Assembly (NCBI GenBank): GCA_016783825.1
Contig: JADHVV010000002.1
Location: 3,259 to 67,258, forward strand
From: Candidatus Zhuqueibacterota bacterium
GTDB taxonomy: Bacteria > Zhuqueibacterota > Zhuqueibacteria > Thermofontimicrobiales > Thermofontimicrobiaceae
Length of the DNA stretch: 64,000 nucleotides
Direction of reading: 5' to 3'
The first letter of the stretch is position 1. Every line of letters begins with the position of its first letter. This document shows, piece after piece, positions 33,784-42,550 of this stretch. The notes beneath the pieces were generated by a model. That model was not told the origin of the DNA and searched no databases. It saw nothing but the letters and a program-made list of their open reading frames with translations. The position numbers and the translations under genes were made by a program.

Positions 33784-36700
33784 ATGCCCAAAAACAAATT
33801 CTTCCCAACACTTTTTCAACATTTAGCCACGGATACGACACGGAACCTGGTTGTTTCGGCTGGCGCCGGCGCTGGAAAAACTGCGGTGCTCACACGACGC
33901 ATCATTAAAATTATCCGGGAAGAAAAACTTTCGCTCAACCGGCTGATGGTGGTTACCTTTACCGATAAAGCTGCAGTGGAAATGAAAGAACGGGTTTATG
34001 CAGCAATCGACAGCCAAATCGGAAAAGGTGGAGATGAACATTTTAAAAAGTTACGGGATGATTTTCTGAAAAACCGGATCAGCACTTTTCATGCGTTCTG
34101 TGCCGCGCTGCTGCGTGAATATCCCATTGAAGCCCAGATCGATCCCTATTTCAGGGTGATGGATGAAACCGATAAAATTTTCTTTCTCCGCCGCATTATC
34201 GATCGTTGTATTAATGAATTAGCCGAACAAAAAGATCAGCCTGATTTATCGATCCTTAACCAGGAGTGGCAAAAGGGCGCTATTATCAATTCAATATATT
34301 CCATGATACAAAAACGGGAAGACACTGGCCCCTGGCTTCGGGATTTTCAAAATATTGAATGGGAAGAATACTATGAGCGGCTGGAGCAATACAGGATAAA
34401 TATGCTGCGGGAAATCTGTATTAAACTTGCTGCTAAAAATACGCTTAGCGATATATGGGAGAAGCTGAAGCTTGCTCAGCCAGATCCACCGGACGATGAC
34501 TCCAAATTGAGCCAGCGAAGACAGGAATTGCTGCGTTTACTCCCCGAATTACAATCTTTGCTGTTGATGACTGCCAGGGAAGAAGAAGATTTTGATCTCG
34601 AAGCAATTATCGATTGTACCGGACAAGTGCTTGATGAATGCAGCCTGGTTGGTTGGAAAGCCAGGGCATGGACCGCGGTTCCCGATAATCTTGACCTGTT
34701 GAGATGGTGTTTTAAGACACTCCGTAATACGCTTCAAAATTCTCAAATTGATCAGTTTGAAATTAGTCAGGTAGTTGAAGAAGAAGGATTTAAAATTAAA
34801 AAAGCGTTGGCACGCGTGGCTATTTATTGCCTGGATGCTTACCGGGAAGAAAAAGAAAAGGAACACTATCTTGATTTTCAGGATTTGCAGCTCAAAGTTC
34901 TCACTTTACTCAGGTCTCCCAAACACGCTCATATCCTGACAGAATTGCGCGAGAATTATTTGTACATTATGGTGGACGAATTTCAGGATACAAATTCCCT
35001 GCAATGGGAGATTGTCAAATTGATTGCTTCGGATGAAAGCGGAAAACTTTTCGGCGACAGGTTGTTCATTGTTGGCGATGAAAAGCAGGCGATCTATTCA
35101 TTTCGCGGCGGCGATGTAACCTTGTTCGGTAAAGTAACAAGGGAACTCATTTCTTCAAACCAAGAACGCGGCACACACCAGGCTTCATTTTCATTGGCGC
35201 CAAGCGAAGAGGTTGAAAAGGATTATCATCAAGAGTACTCGGAAAAATTACCTGAGGACGGAAATATAAAATCCGGGGAAATTATTTTCAGCGATAATTT
35301 TCGTTCAGCAGCCAAACCGATTGCCTTTTTCAATTTATTTTTCCAAGAATTAATGGGCAAACCATTTTATGAAGATTATGAAGCGCGCCCGCAGCAGCTT
35401 ATTTGTTCGGGCAATAAGCGTGAGGGCAGCGTTGAATTATTGTTAGTTGATCGCGATACGAATAGTCCTGACGATGCCTTGCAAATGAATTCGGAAATGG
35501 AAGACATCGATGTTTACACCAAAGAGGCGCACCTGATCGCTGCTAAAATTAAAGAAGTGCTTACTGGCGAAGATGTCCTTTATGAACATATCCGTGAGCA
35601 GGCGGCAGCCAAACAACCGGCTATTGCTATCTTGCTGAATCGCCGCACAAAATTAAAGGTTTATGAAGAAGCATTGCGCAGGGAAAATATCGATTTTATT
35701 GTTGTGCGCGGCAGGGGATTTTATCAACGACAGGAAATCGTTGACCTGGGAAACCTGGTTGGATTTTTAGTTGATACAACGAACTCGATTTATTTAGCTG
35801 GATTTTTACGTTCTCCGGTTGCTCATGTATCGGATGAGGGATTATATCAACTTTCAAAAATAATCACTGGTGAATCGCTATGGGAAAAACTCTGTTTTAT
35901 GGGTGAAACGAAAAACAGCAAATACAAGGCGAGTTTTTCAAAAGAAGATTTTACAGCGTTGATAAATGCTAATCAATTACTTTTGCGTTGGCATCAGCTA
36001 AGTCGTCGCATGATATTGGTTGATTTTCTGCGAATGGTATTGGATGAAGGCGGGTATTTTGCCAGCCTATCCCGCGGTAACCGGGGAGAACAGGCAATAT
36101 CAAATATTGAAAAATTATTGGATCGGGCGCGTGAGGCAACGTTGAGTGACCAGGAAGATCTGCTTACATTATCGGATTGGCTTAACGAACGCATAAACTA
36201 CGTTGATGAAGAAGGCGAGGCAGATGTGGATATTGTTCTCGGCGGAGCAGTACAATTAATGACGGTGCATCAATCCAAAGGTCTCGAATTCCCCATGGTG
36301 TTTGTGCCGGATCTAACTGCTTTTTTTAATTTTGGCGACCGTGAGTCGCTGCGTTTCGATGATGTTACTGCTTCATTAAATATTGAAGAAGACGGCAGCC
36401 TGATTCGGGAAAAATATTTTGAAGTTGGTGTCGATGCCGTGGATCCTGAAAATGATTTTGAGCCAACGCCAACACTGATCAAACTCATTATTGAAAAACG
36501 CAATCGTGAAAAAACAATCGCTGAAAGAAAACGATTATTTTACGTTGCTGCCACTCGAGCGATGGATCACCTGGTGTTAGTCGGACAACTTAAAAAACGC
36601 AGCACTCGTTCAACCCAGGAATTAGAAGCAACAGAGATAGATCAATTAACCTGCTGGATGGACTGGCTCAACAAAATATTAAATTTGAATGAAAAAATTG

Positions 36701-36831
36701 AAGGTCAGACAGGTAGGATTAAGTTAGGTGAAAAACAGGGCGAGCATATTTCCATTCCTTATCGGCTGTTTGATGAAAACCAGGCGGTGTTGAGTTTTGA
36801 GGAGACGTTGAGGACGGAATTTTTGGTTTAG
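33784..36831 (+). CDS. UvrD/Rep-family helicase, AddA-like but without a C-terminal nuclease domain (1015 aa)
   Basis: SAGAGAGKTAVL (Walker A), IMVDEFQDTNSLQW (II), FIVGDEKQAIYSFRGGD (III), TVHQSKGLEFPMVFV (V), RLFYVAATRAMDHLVL (VI). Only ~95 aa follow motif VI and no D...(D/E)xK motif is seen there. Confidence 0.85.
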   Translation: MPKNKFFPTLFQHLATDTTRNLVVSAGAGAGKTAVLTRRIIKIIREEKLSLNRLMVVTFTDKAAVEMKERVYAAIDSQIGKGGDEHFKKLRDDFLKNRISTFHAFCAALLREYPIEAQIDPYFRVMDETDKIFFLRRIIDRCINELAEQKDQPDLSILNQEWQKGAIINSIYSMIQKREDTGPWLRDFQNIEWEEYYERLEQYRINMLREICIKLAAKNTLSDIWEKLKLAQPDPPDDDSKLSQRRQELLRLLPELQSLLLMTAREEEDFDLEAIIDCTGQVLDECSLVGWKARAWTAVPDNLDLLRWCFKTLRNTLQNSQIDQFEISQVVEEEGFKIKKALARVAIYCLDAYREEKEKEHYLDFQDLQLKVLTLLRSPKHAHILTELRENYLYIMVDEFQDTNSLQWEIVKLIASDESGKLFGDRLFIVGDEKQAIYSFRGGDVTLFGKVTRELISSNQERGTHQASFSLAPSEEVEKDYHQEYSEKLPEDGNIKSGEIIFSDNFRSAAKPIAFFNLFFQELMGKPFYEDYEARPQQLICSGNKREGSVELLLVDRDTNSPDDALQMNSEMEDIDVYTKEAHLIAAKIKEVLTGEDVLYEHIREQAAAKQPAIAILLNRRTKLKVYEEALRRENIDFIVVRGRGFYQRQEIVDLGNLVGFLVDTTNSIYLAGFLRSPVAHVSDEGLYQLSKIITGESLWEKLCFMGETKNSKYKASFSKEDFTALINANQLLLRWHQLSRRMILVDFLRMVLDEGGYFASLSRGNRGEQAISNIEKLLDRAREATLSDQEDLLTLSDWLNERINYVDEEGEADVDIVLGGAVQLMTVHQSKGLEFPMVFVPDLTAFFNFGDRESLRFDDVTASLNIEEDGSLIREKYFEVGVDAVDPENDFEPTPTLIKLIIEKRNREKTIAERKRLFYVAATRAMDHLVLVGQLKKRSTRSTQELEATEIDQLTCWMDWLNKILNLNEKIEGQTGRIKLGEKQGEHISIPYRLFDENQAVLSFEETLRTEFLV

Positions 36832-37635
36832 GTTCTGCCTGGGAATGAGCTTATAATACTATTAACAAAATGATTTTAAGATTTACATTCACCGAATTCT
36901 GAACATCAAACGGGAATTATGTAAAATCCATGTTCTGCATTCATAATTCGGTATTCGACATTTGTTATTTCTTTTTTTGAATATCGAATAATGAATACTG
37001 AACACCGAATATCGAACAAAATAAAATATAAAAATGTAATTAATTTATTTGTTACAAAGCCAATTTTATTAATTCAACCTTTTGGTTCTAGCTGTCCTGG
37101 TTAGGATTTAGAACCCTAAATGGAGCGACTGGCACGTATGTATTTTTTTCTGCGCTGCATGAAGGCAGCGCACTCTGAATGTTTATCTAAAACCAGTAGA
37201 AAAAAATTACCTCATTAACGCCTATTTCTAATCTTAATGTGTTCACCGATCTGCAATTTGTAAATTTTAATACTAACGCTTATATTTCTCCTAAAAGTAT
37301 TTTTCATCCCAAATTAATCCGTAATTCATACCTGCACGGAAATTTATAACCCACTCTCCCCCACATTTATTACCCCTTTGAATTAAAACAATTTATCCTT
37401 TTGAATATAAATGTGTTATCAATACTTATTGATGACAAATCACTTATTTATCACAGAAACAAATATTAAGTTAATTTAATTAATAACAATTAGTAAACAG
37501 TAAAATGCTGATAAATATTGAAAATAAATATTTACAATACACATTTAATTTAAATATAATCATTATGATACAAATATTAATATTCATAACAATAGTAAAA
37601 AAATCAAAAATATTTCATATTTTTTCACTTTTTGC

Positions 37636-37664
37636 TTGACTTATTCAAAAAAATGTGTTATATA
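37636..37664 (+). promoter_or_regulatory. Strong sigma70-type promoter (candidate Pmra)
   Basis: TTGACT (37636-37641), a 17-bp spacer ending in TGt (extended -10), then TATATA (37659-37664). Confidence 0.6.
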
Positions 37665-37666
37665 TA

Positions 37667-37691
37667 GTAGGAGAAAGTGGGTTATGGTGGT
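37667..37691 (+). promoter_or_regulatory. Three MraZ-box-like direct repeats at 10-bp periodicity
   Basis: GTAGG (37667), GTGGG (37677) and GTGGT (37687), each followed by a 5-nt spacer, immediately downstream of the -10. This resembles the E. coli MraZ operator, described as TGGGN direct repeats with 5-nt spacers. Confidence 0.5.
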
Positions 37692-38252
37692 TGAGCGAAC
37701 CTATATTACTTTACTAGAATTATCATTTCCCATTTTCCACCAATGGCTTAACATCATACTATCACATAAACTTAACGAATTATTGTAAGCAGCCGTGAGA
37801 CTTCACATCGGCTGAGGACTCCATTGGTCGCATTCTACTTTTTTATGATGCAGATGCGTCCTGGCGTTCAGGAATGACGCTTACCTTTTTTAGATGAGAA
37901 GTCATTCCTGCAATTACGATTTATGGAATGTTTTACGCACAGGGATTCTATTGCCAGGCTGTATTGAAGAATCGCTCAATTTGGGTACCGGTTTTTCATC
38001 ATTACGATCACAATGGTTTTGGGGGCTGGATTTATCAGCCTACTGGCAATTGGTGTCAACCTAACGTTTCAGACATATCTCACAAATCGTTATTTTGACA
38101 ATTAACAGGAACTTTAAAGAAACTTAAAATTTTCCTGTTGATCCAAAAATATCCTGTAATCCTGTCAAATTATTTTTTTTAGGTTGGCGCTAATTACCGG
38201 TTGGCGGATCAATCCAGCCCCCTAACATCAAACTTCAATTCATGGTGAATTC

Positions 38253-38720
38253 ATGCCATTTTTCTTTGGTGAATATAATTATACATTGGATGCAAAAGGC
38301 AGGGTGAATATCCCTGCCACATTCCGTAAAGCTGACCCAAGATTAGAGCAAAGTAAAAATTACATTTTCTTTGACGAAGAAGATATTTGCCTGCATGTTT
38401 ATACAGCCCATGAATTTGAAACTAATGTTGTTGACTATTTGAAAAAGCTACCCACTCGGAATAAAGATGGACGCGCCTATGCTTCTATTATAGGAGAAAA
38501 TGTTAGGGAAGTATCTTTGGACAAACAGGGAAGAATTACAATTCCAAATAATTTTTTAGAAAAGGCGAAAATTAAAAAGGATGCTAAGATCATAGGCGCT
38601 ATCAGCAGAATAGAAATATGGGATCCGGAAGTCAGGAAAAAATATAAAGACGATTTAGGTGGAGCCCAAGCGAAAGCAAAATTGGAAAAAAAATTTTTAA
38701 CCCAAAAGGAAAGTGAATAA
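38253..38720 (+). CDS. mraZ: Transcriptional regulator MraZ
   Basis: FFGEYNYTLDAKGRVNIPATFRK and a second SpoVT/AbrB-like half (LDKQGRITIPNNF). First gene of the dcw cluster. Confidence 0.93.
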   Translation: MPFFFGEYNYTLDAKGRVNIPATFRKADPRLEQSKNYIFFDEEDICLHVYTAHEFETNVVDYLKKLPTRNKDGRAYASIIGENVREVSLDKQGRITIPNNFLEKAKIKKDAKIIGAISRIEIWDPEVRKKYKDDLGGAQAKAKLEKKFLTQKESE

Positions 38721-39645
38721 AAACCTTTTACACATACCTGTTCTAGTTGATCAGGTTTTAAAATATTTGGAAATCAATCCATCCGGCACTTACGTGGACT
38801 GTACTCTCGGAGGAGGCAGCCATAGTTATCAAATTTTGTCGCGATTAGGAAAAGATGGAAAAATAATTGGTTTAGATTGGGATGATCAGGCAATTGAAAT
38901 TGCAGGACAAAAATTACAATCTTTTGGGGATAAGTATAAAATAATCAAGAGTAATTTCGCTTCTGTTAAGGATGTATTATTAGCTGAAGGAATTAGTGGA
39001 GTAAATGGAATATTACTTGATTTAGGAACCAGTTCATTTCAAATAGATATTCATGATCGCGGATTTAGTTACCTTGCAGAGGGCCCGTTAGATATGAGAA
39101 TGTCCAGGGAGACCAAGCGAACTGCGGCAGATATTTTGAATGCTGAGTCACAATCCCAGCTCTCCTGGATTTTTAAAAATTATGGTGAAGAAAGACGGTC
39201 GAATGCAATTGCCAGGGCAGTTGTAAAAAAAAGACAGCAAAAAGTAATTGAGACGACAAAACAATTTACAAATATAATCGAATCAGTTACTCCTTTTGTT
39301 AAGCGAATAAAAACATTAGCAAGATGCTACCAGGCAGTGAGGATTGCTACAAATTTTGAATTGGAAAATCTACAGTGCTTTCTCGACCAATCAATTGATC
39401 TTCTTCTTCCTGGTGGCAGGTTGGTTATAATATCATTCCATTCTTTGGAGGACAGACTCGTTAAAAATTTCCTGAACCGGCAGGCAAATCCTTGTGAGTG
39501 CCCATCTGAGCTTCCTTATTGTGTCTGCAATAAAAAACCAACCATAAAAATATTAACGCGAAAAGTGGTTACGCCATCGAATGAAGAGATTCAACATAAT
39601 TCACGGAGCCGGTCATCTAAACTAAGATCTTGCGAAAAATTTTAA
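38713..39645 (+). CDS. rsmH: 16S rRNA (cytosine1402-N4)-methyltransferase
   Basis: HIPVLVDQVLKYL...YVDCTLGGGSHS...DLGTSSFQID...ISFHSLEDRLVK. Confidence 0.95.
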   Translation: MNKNLLHIPVLVDQVLKYLEINPSGTYVDCTLGGGSHSYQILSRLGKDGKIIGLDWDDQAIEIAGQKLQSFGDKYKIIKSNFASVKDVLLAEGISGVNGILLDLGTSSFQIDIHDRGFSYLAEGPLDMRMSRETKRTAADILNAESQSQLSWIFKNYGEERRSNAIARAVVKKRQQKVIETTKQFTNIIESVTPFVKRIKTLARCYQAVRIATNFELENLQCFLDQSIDLLLPGGRLVIISFHSLEDRLVKNFLNRQANPCECPSELPYCVCNKKPTIKILTRKVVTPSNEEIQHNSRSRSSKLRSCEKF

Positions 39646-40031
39646 GTGAAATTATGCCGCGAAAAATAAAAAAACGAAAAAAAAATAAAAAGCTTTTTAA
39701 TCAAATTGATCTCGAACAACTGGAAGAAGGGCTTTACCAACCGATAACGAGTTTCCGTGTTTTAATAGGGATTCTCGTTATTGCATTTATTTTAATTGGG
39801 AGTGTGTGGCAGAAAGTAAATGTGACACAATTAGCCCAGGACATTGAACAGCTCAATACTCAAAAACAATTGATTGAAGAAAAGAATTCTGAATTAAGAT
39901 CAAGAATTTTGAAGCTTGCGGATGGTAAGAGAGTTATTAAAATTGCCGAAGATAGATTGAAATTAAATTTTCCTGATTCCGAACTCATCCCGTTGGAAAA
40001 GAGGTTTCAAGAATCAGATATTGATGATTAA
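39630..40031 (+). CDS. ftsL: FtsL-like cell-division protein (single TM plus coiled coil)
   Basis: Position between rsmH and ftsI. TM segment VLIGILVIAFILIGSVW followed by a heptad-rich region. The start may be the internal MPRKIKK at 39654. Confidence 0.55.
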   Translation: MRKILSEIMPRKIKKRKKNKKLFNQIDLEQLEEGLYQPITSFRVLIGILVIAFILIGSVWQKVNVTQLAQDIEQLNTQKQLIEEKNSELRSRILKLADGKRVIKIAEDRLKLNFPDSELIPLEKRFQESDIDD

Positions 40032-40086
40032 AACAATTGAAGTTAATTTTTGTTTGAACGAAAACTGGCGAAATTTAAAAAAGCAC

Positions 40087-40181
40087 CTGTCATTGCGAGC
40101 GACGAAGGAGCGAAGCAATCTCCTGAATATTAAGCACTTATTAATGGGATTGCTTCGTCGCTTCGCTCCTCGCAATGACAG
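40087..40181. repeat. Palindromic REP/MITE-like hairpin (ctgtcattgcgag...ctcgcaatgacag) between ftsL and ftsI
   Basis: The 34-nt arms at 40087-40120 and 40148-40181 pair over their outer 12 and inner 10 nt. The listed ORF 40021-40248 is just the translation of this element. Confidence 0.75.
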
Positions 40182-40255
40182 AACATCACTAAAATTAGGG
40201 CTTTTCGTTCAGGCACCAATTAATCGAAACACTTTGACCTCAAATTGATTTTACC

Positions 40256-42400
40256 ATGGTTGGAAGAAAAAAAATAATACATGATGATTTTTTCAAACGA
40301 CTCCCAGTATTGTTAGTCTTATGCCTGATTTTTTGGCTTGTGCTTGTTGGAAGGTTATTTCAAATTCAAATAGTCGACAGGGCAAAGTATGTAGAGAAAG
40401 CGAAAAAACAATATATCGCTGAGGCAGAGCTTTCATCCGATCGAGGCATTATTTATGACCGCATGTTAGAACCTTTAGCTGTGAATCGGCAAACCCACTC
40501 AATTGGACTCGATTGTCGAAAAGTAAAAGATCCTGGTTTTGCTGCTACTCATTTTTCTGTGCTTTTTGGAAATAGCAAAGAAAGTTATTTGAGCAAGCTG
40601 GAAAGCCATAAAACTTTTTTTTGGCTTTCGAGAAGGGTAAATCAAGAAAAAGCAAATATACTTGATAGCCTTACTATTCCCGGTATAATAATAAGGAAAG
40701 AACCAATAAGATTTTATCCAAAAGGCGACCTTGCAGCCCACACAATTGGATTTACTAATATTGATTTAAAGGGATTGAATGGGATAGAGTCTGTTAAAAA
40801 TTGGGACTTGACCGGTAATAATGGACTTGTTTTTTATACCAAAGATGCACGTGGAAACAGAATAATTGACATGACAAAGCCGGTGAAAAAACCTAAAAAA
40901 GGAAAAAATGTAATTTTAACAATCAACAACACTGTTCAATGGATTGTTGAGGAAGAGTTAAAATATGCAGTTGATAAATTTGATGCGGATGCAGGCGTTG
41001 TTTTGGTTACAAATCCAAAAACCGCGGAAATATTAGCTTCCGCAGTAGTTCCAACATTTAATCCAAATAACGCCGGAGCTTCGTCTGTAAGAAATCGAAG
41101 AAATAGAGCAATAACAGATGTTCACGAGCCTGGATCAACCTTTAAGGCATTTTACATGGCAACTGTTATTGAAAAAGGATTAAAAAAACCCGATGATATT
41201 GTATTTTGTGAAAATGGTGAATATACAATATATGATCAAACTGTTAAAGATGAAGCTCCTTATGGATGGTTAAGCGTAGCAAAAGTATTAAAAAAATCGA
41301 GTAATATTGGAATGGCTAAAATCGCCTTGGAAATAGCGCCTAAAACAATTTACAGTGTTGTGCGCGATTTTGGTTTTGGATTAGAAACCGGTATTGCTTT
41401 ACCCGGAGAGGCTTCAGGAGAATTGAAAAATTATATTAACTGGTCTAAACATACTCCCATTGCCATGTCGAGGGGGTATGAAATTTCAGTTACGCCGCTT
41501 CAAATGGTTATGGCTTATGGCGCAATTGCAAATGGCGGATTGCTATTAAAACCAAAAATATGCCTTGATGTGGTGGATAAAATTGAAAAGAAGAAATATT
41601 CAGTGAAACCTGATGTGATCAGGCGAGTAATTACTGAATCCACCGCGAAAACTTTGACAACCATGCTTGAAGAAGTAGTCTATGACGGAACCGGCAAACG
41701 TGCGTACATTAAGGGGCTAAGGATCGCAGGAAAAACCGGGACAGCGATGAAGTATGATACGGAATTAAAAAGATATTCAGAAGATAAATTTGTCAGCTCA
41801 TTTATTGGTTTCTTCCCTGCTGAATCCCCGCAGATGCTGATTTATGTTATGATAGATAATCCCAAGGTTGATCATCTCGGCGGGAAAGTAGCAGCGCCAA
41901 CATTCAAAAAAATACTGCAGCGTGTTTTACATTTTGTGGATATTGTACCAAAATCTGATATTTATTATGTAAATAATAAAAATGAAATTAAGAAGGAAAA
42001 ACATTTCTCAATTCCGGATTTGACAAACAAAAAAGTAGAAGCTGCAAAGGAGATCGCTGAACAATTCGGAATAGAATTGGTTGCCGAAAATCCCGGTGAT
42101 ATAATTTCAAGTCAGGAATTGGTATTAAATAAAAAAACTGGCACTCGCCCACAACTACGAGTGAAACTGAAAAAGTTAGATATCAGCAAAGGAGATTATA
42201 CATTAGTTCCTTCAGTAAAAGGTTTGGGACTCCGGGAAGCTATTGTGAGAATGTCAAAAGAAAAGTTGCGGGTTATTGTGGAAGGCAGTGGAAGGGTTGT
42301 CAGACAAAATCCTGAACCCGGTAAAAAAATTCGAGTGGGCGCTCGCTGTGTGATTGAATGTCAACCTTCAATAGACTTGGCTCAGTTTGAAAGCTGGTAA
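40256..42400 (+). CDS. ftsI: Division-specific class B penicillin-binding protein with C-terminal PASTA domains
   Basis: N-terminal TM segment. STFK, SSN and KTGT transpeptidase motifs. Two PASTA-like segments at the C-terminus (IPDLTNKKVEAAKEI..., VPSVKGLGLREAIVRM...). Confidence 0.9.
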   Translation: MVGRKKIIHDDFFKRLPVLLVLCLIFWLVLVGRLFQIQIVDRAKYVEKAKKQYIAEAELSSDRGIIYDRMLEPLAVNRQTHSIGLDCRKVKDPGFAATHFSVLFGNSKESYLSKLESHKTFFWLSRRVNQEKANILDSLTIPGIIIRKEPIRFYPKGDLAAHTIGFTNIDLKGLNGIESVKNWDLTGNNGLVFYTKDARGNRIIDMTKPVKKPKKGKNVILTINNTVQWIVEEELKYAVDKFDADAGVVLVTNPKTAEILASAVVPTFNPNNAGASSVRNRRNRAITDVHEPGSTFKAFYMATVIEKGLKKPDDIVFCENGEYTIYDQTVKDEAPYGWLSVAKVLKKSSNIGMAKIALEIAPKTIYSVVRDFGFGLETGIALPGEASGELKNYINWSKHTPIAMSRGYEISVTPLQMVMAYGAIANGGLLLKPKICLDVVDKIEKKKYSVKPDVIRRVITESTAKTLTTMLEEVVYDGTGKRAYIKGLRIAGKTGTAMKYDTELKRYSEDKFVSSFIGFFPAESPQMLIYVMIDNPKVDHLGGKVAAPTFKKILQRVLHFVDIVPKSDIYYVNNKNEIKKEKHFSIPDLTNKKVEAAKEIAEQFGIELVAENPGDIISSQELVLNKKTGTRPQLRVKLKKLDISKGDYTLVPSVKGLGLREAIVRMSKEKLRVIVEGSGRVVRQNPEPGKKIRVGARCVIECQPSIDLAQFESW

Positions 42401-42416
42401 ATTCGCACTAAAGTAC

Positions 42417-42500
42417 AGGCGAAGGCTGAGGCAAAGGCGAAGGAAGAAAGAAAATCTTTAATCCTTTAATCTTTTACTTGCTTCGCCTCAGCCTTTCGTT
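42417..42500. repeat. aggcgaagg-type palindromic element between ftsI and murF
   Basis: aggcgaaggctgaggcaaaggcgaagg ... cttgcttcgcctcagcctttcg. A homologous ~100-bp element lies at 62821-62935. Confidence 0.7.
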
Positions 42501-42550
42501 GTAACAAGTAATTGATTTTGGGAAAAAACTTTTGCACAAAAAAAATTGTC

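Noticed and set aside
32881-33841. Four minus-strand ORFs (85-168 aa) with repeated FWVVFWVVSWV-type sequences opposite the AlbA_2 gene.
   Set aside because: They are antisense images of the tandem 276-bp duplication and the 12-nt micro-repeats of the plus-strand gene, which has clear domain motifs.
37300-37640. The very AT-rich stretch as a possible replication origin.
   Set aside because: I found no TTATCCACA-type DnaA boxes, and no dnaA or dnaN is nearby. AT-richness alone is not enough.
37660-38252. Possible known structured RNA (tmRNA, RNase P RNA, SRP RNA) in the ORF-free leader. The segment GGGGGCUGGAUU... superficially resembles a tmRNA 5-prime end.
   Set aside because: There is no T-arm or ACCA-type 3-prime end. 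There is no GAGGAAAGUCC or ACAGAA...GGCUUA RNase P motif and no SRP domain-IV motif. The paired region is only ~200 nt. It may still be a novel RNA, as noted in the findings.
40021-40248. 75-aa ORF between ftsL and ftsI.
   Set aside because: It is the translation of the palindromic cattgcgag...ctcgcaatg repeat element. Its peptide (RATKERSNL...LRRFAPRNDR) mirrors the hairpin arms.
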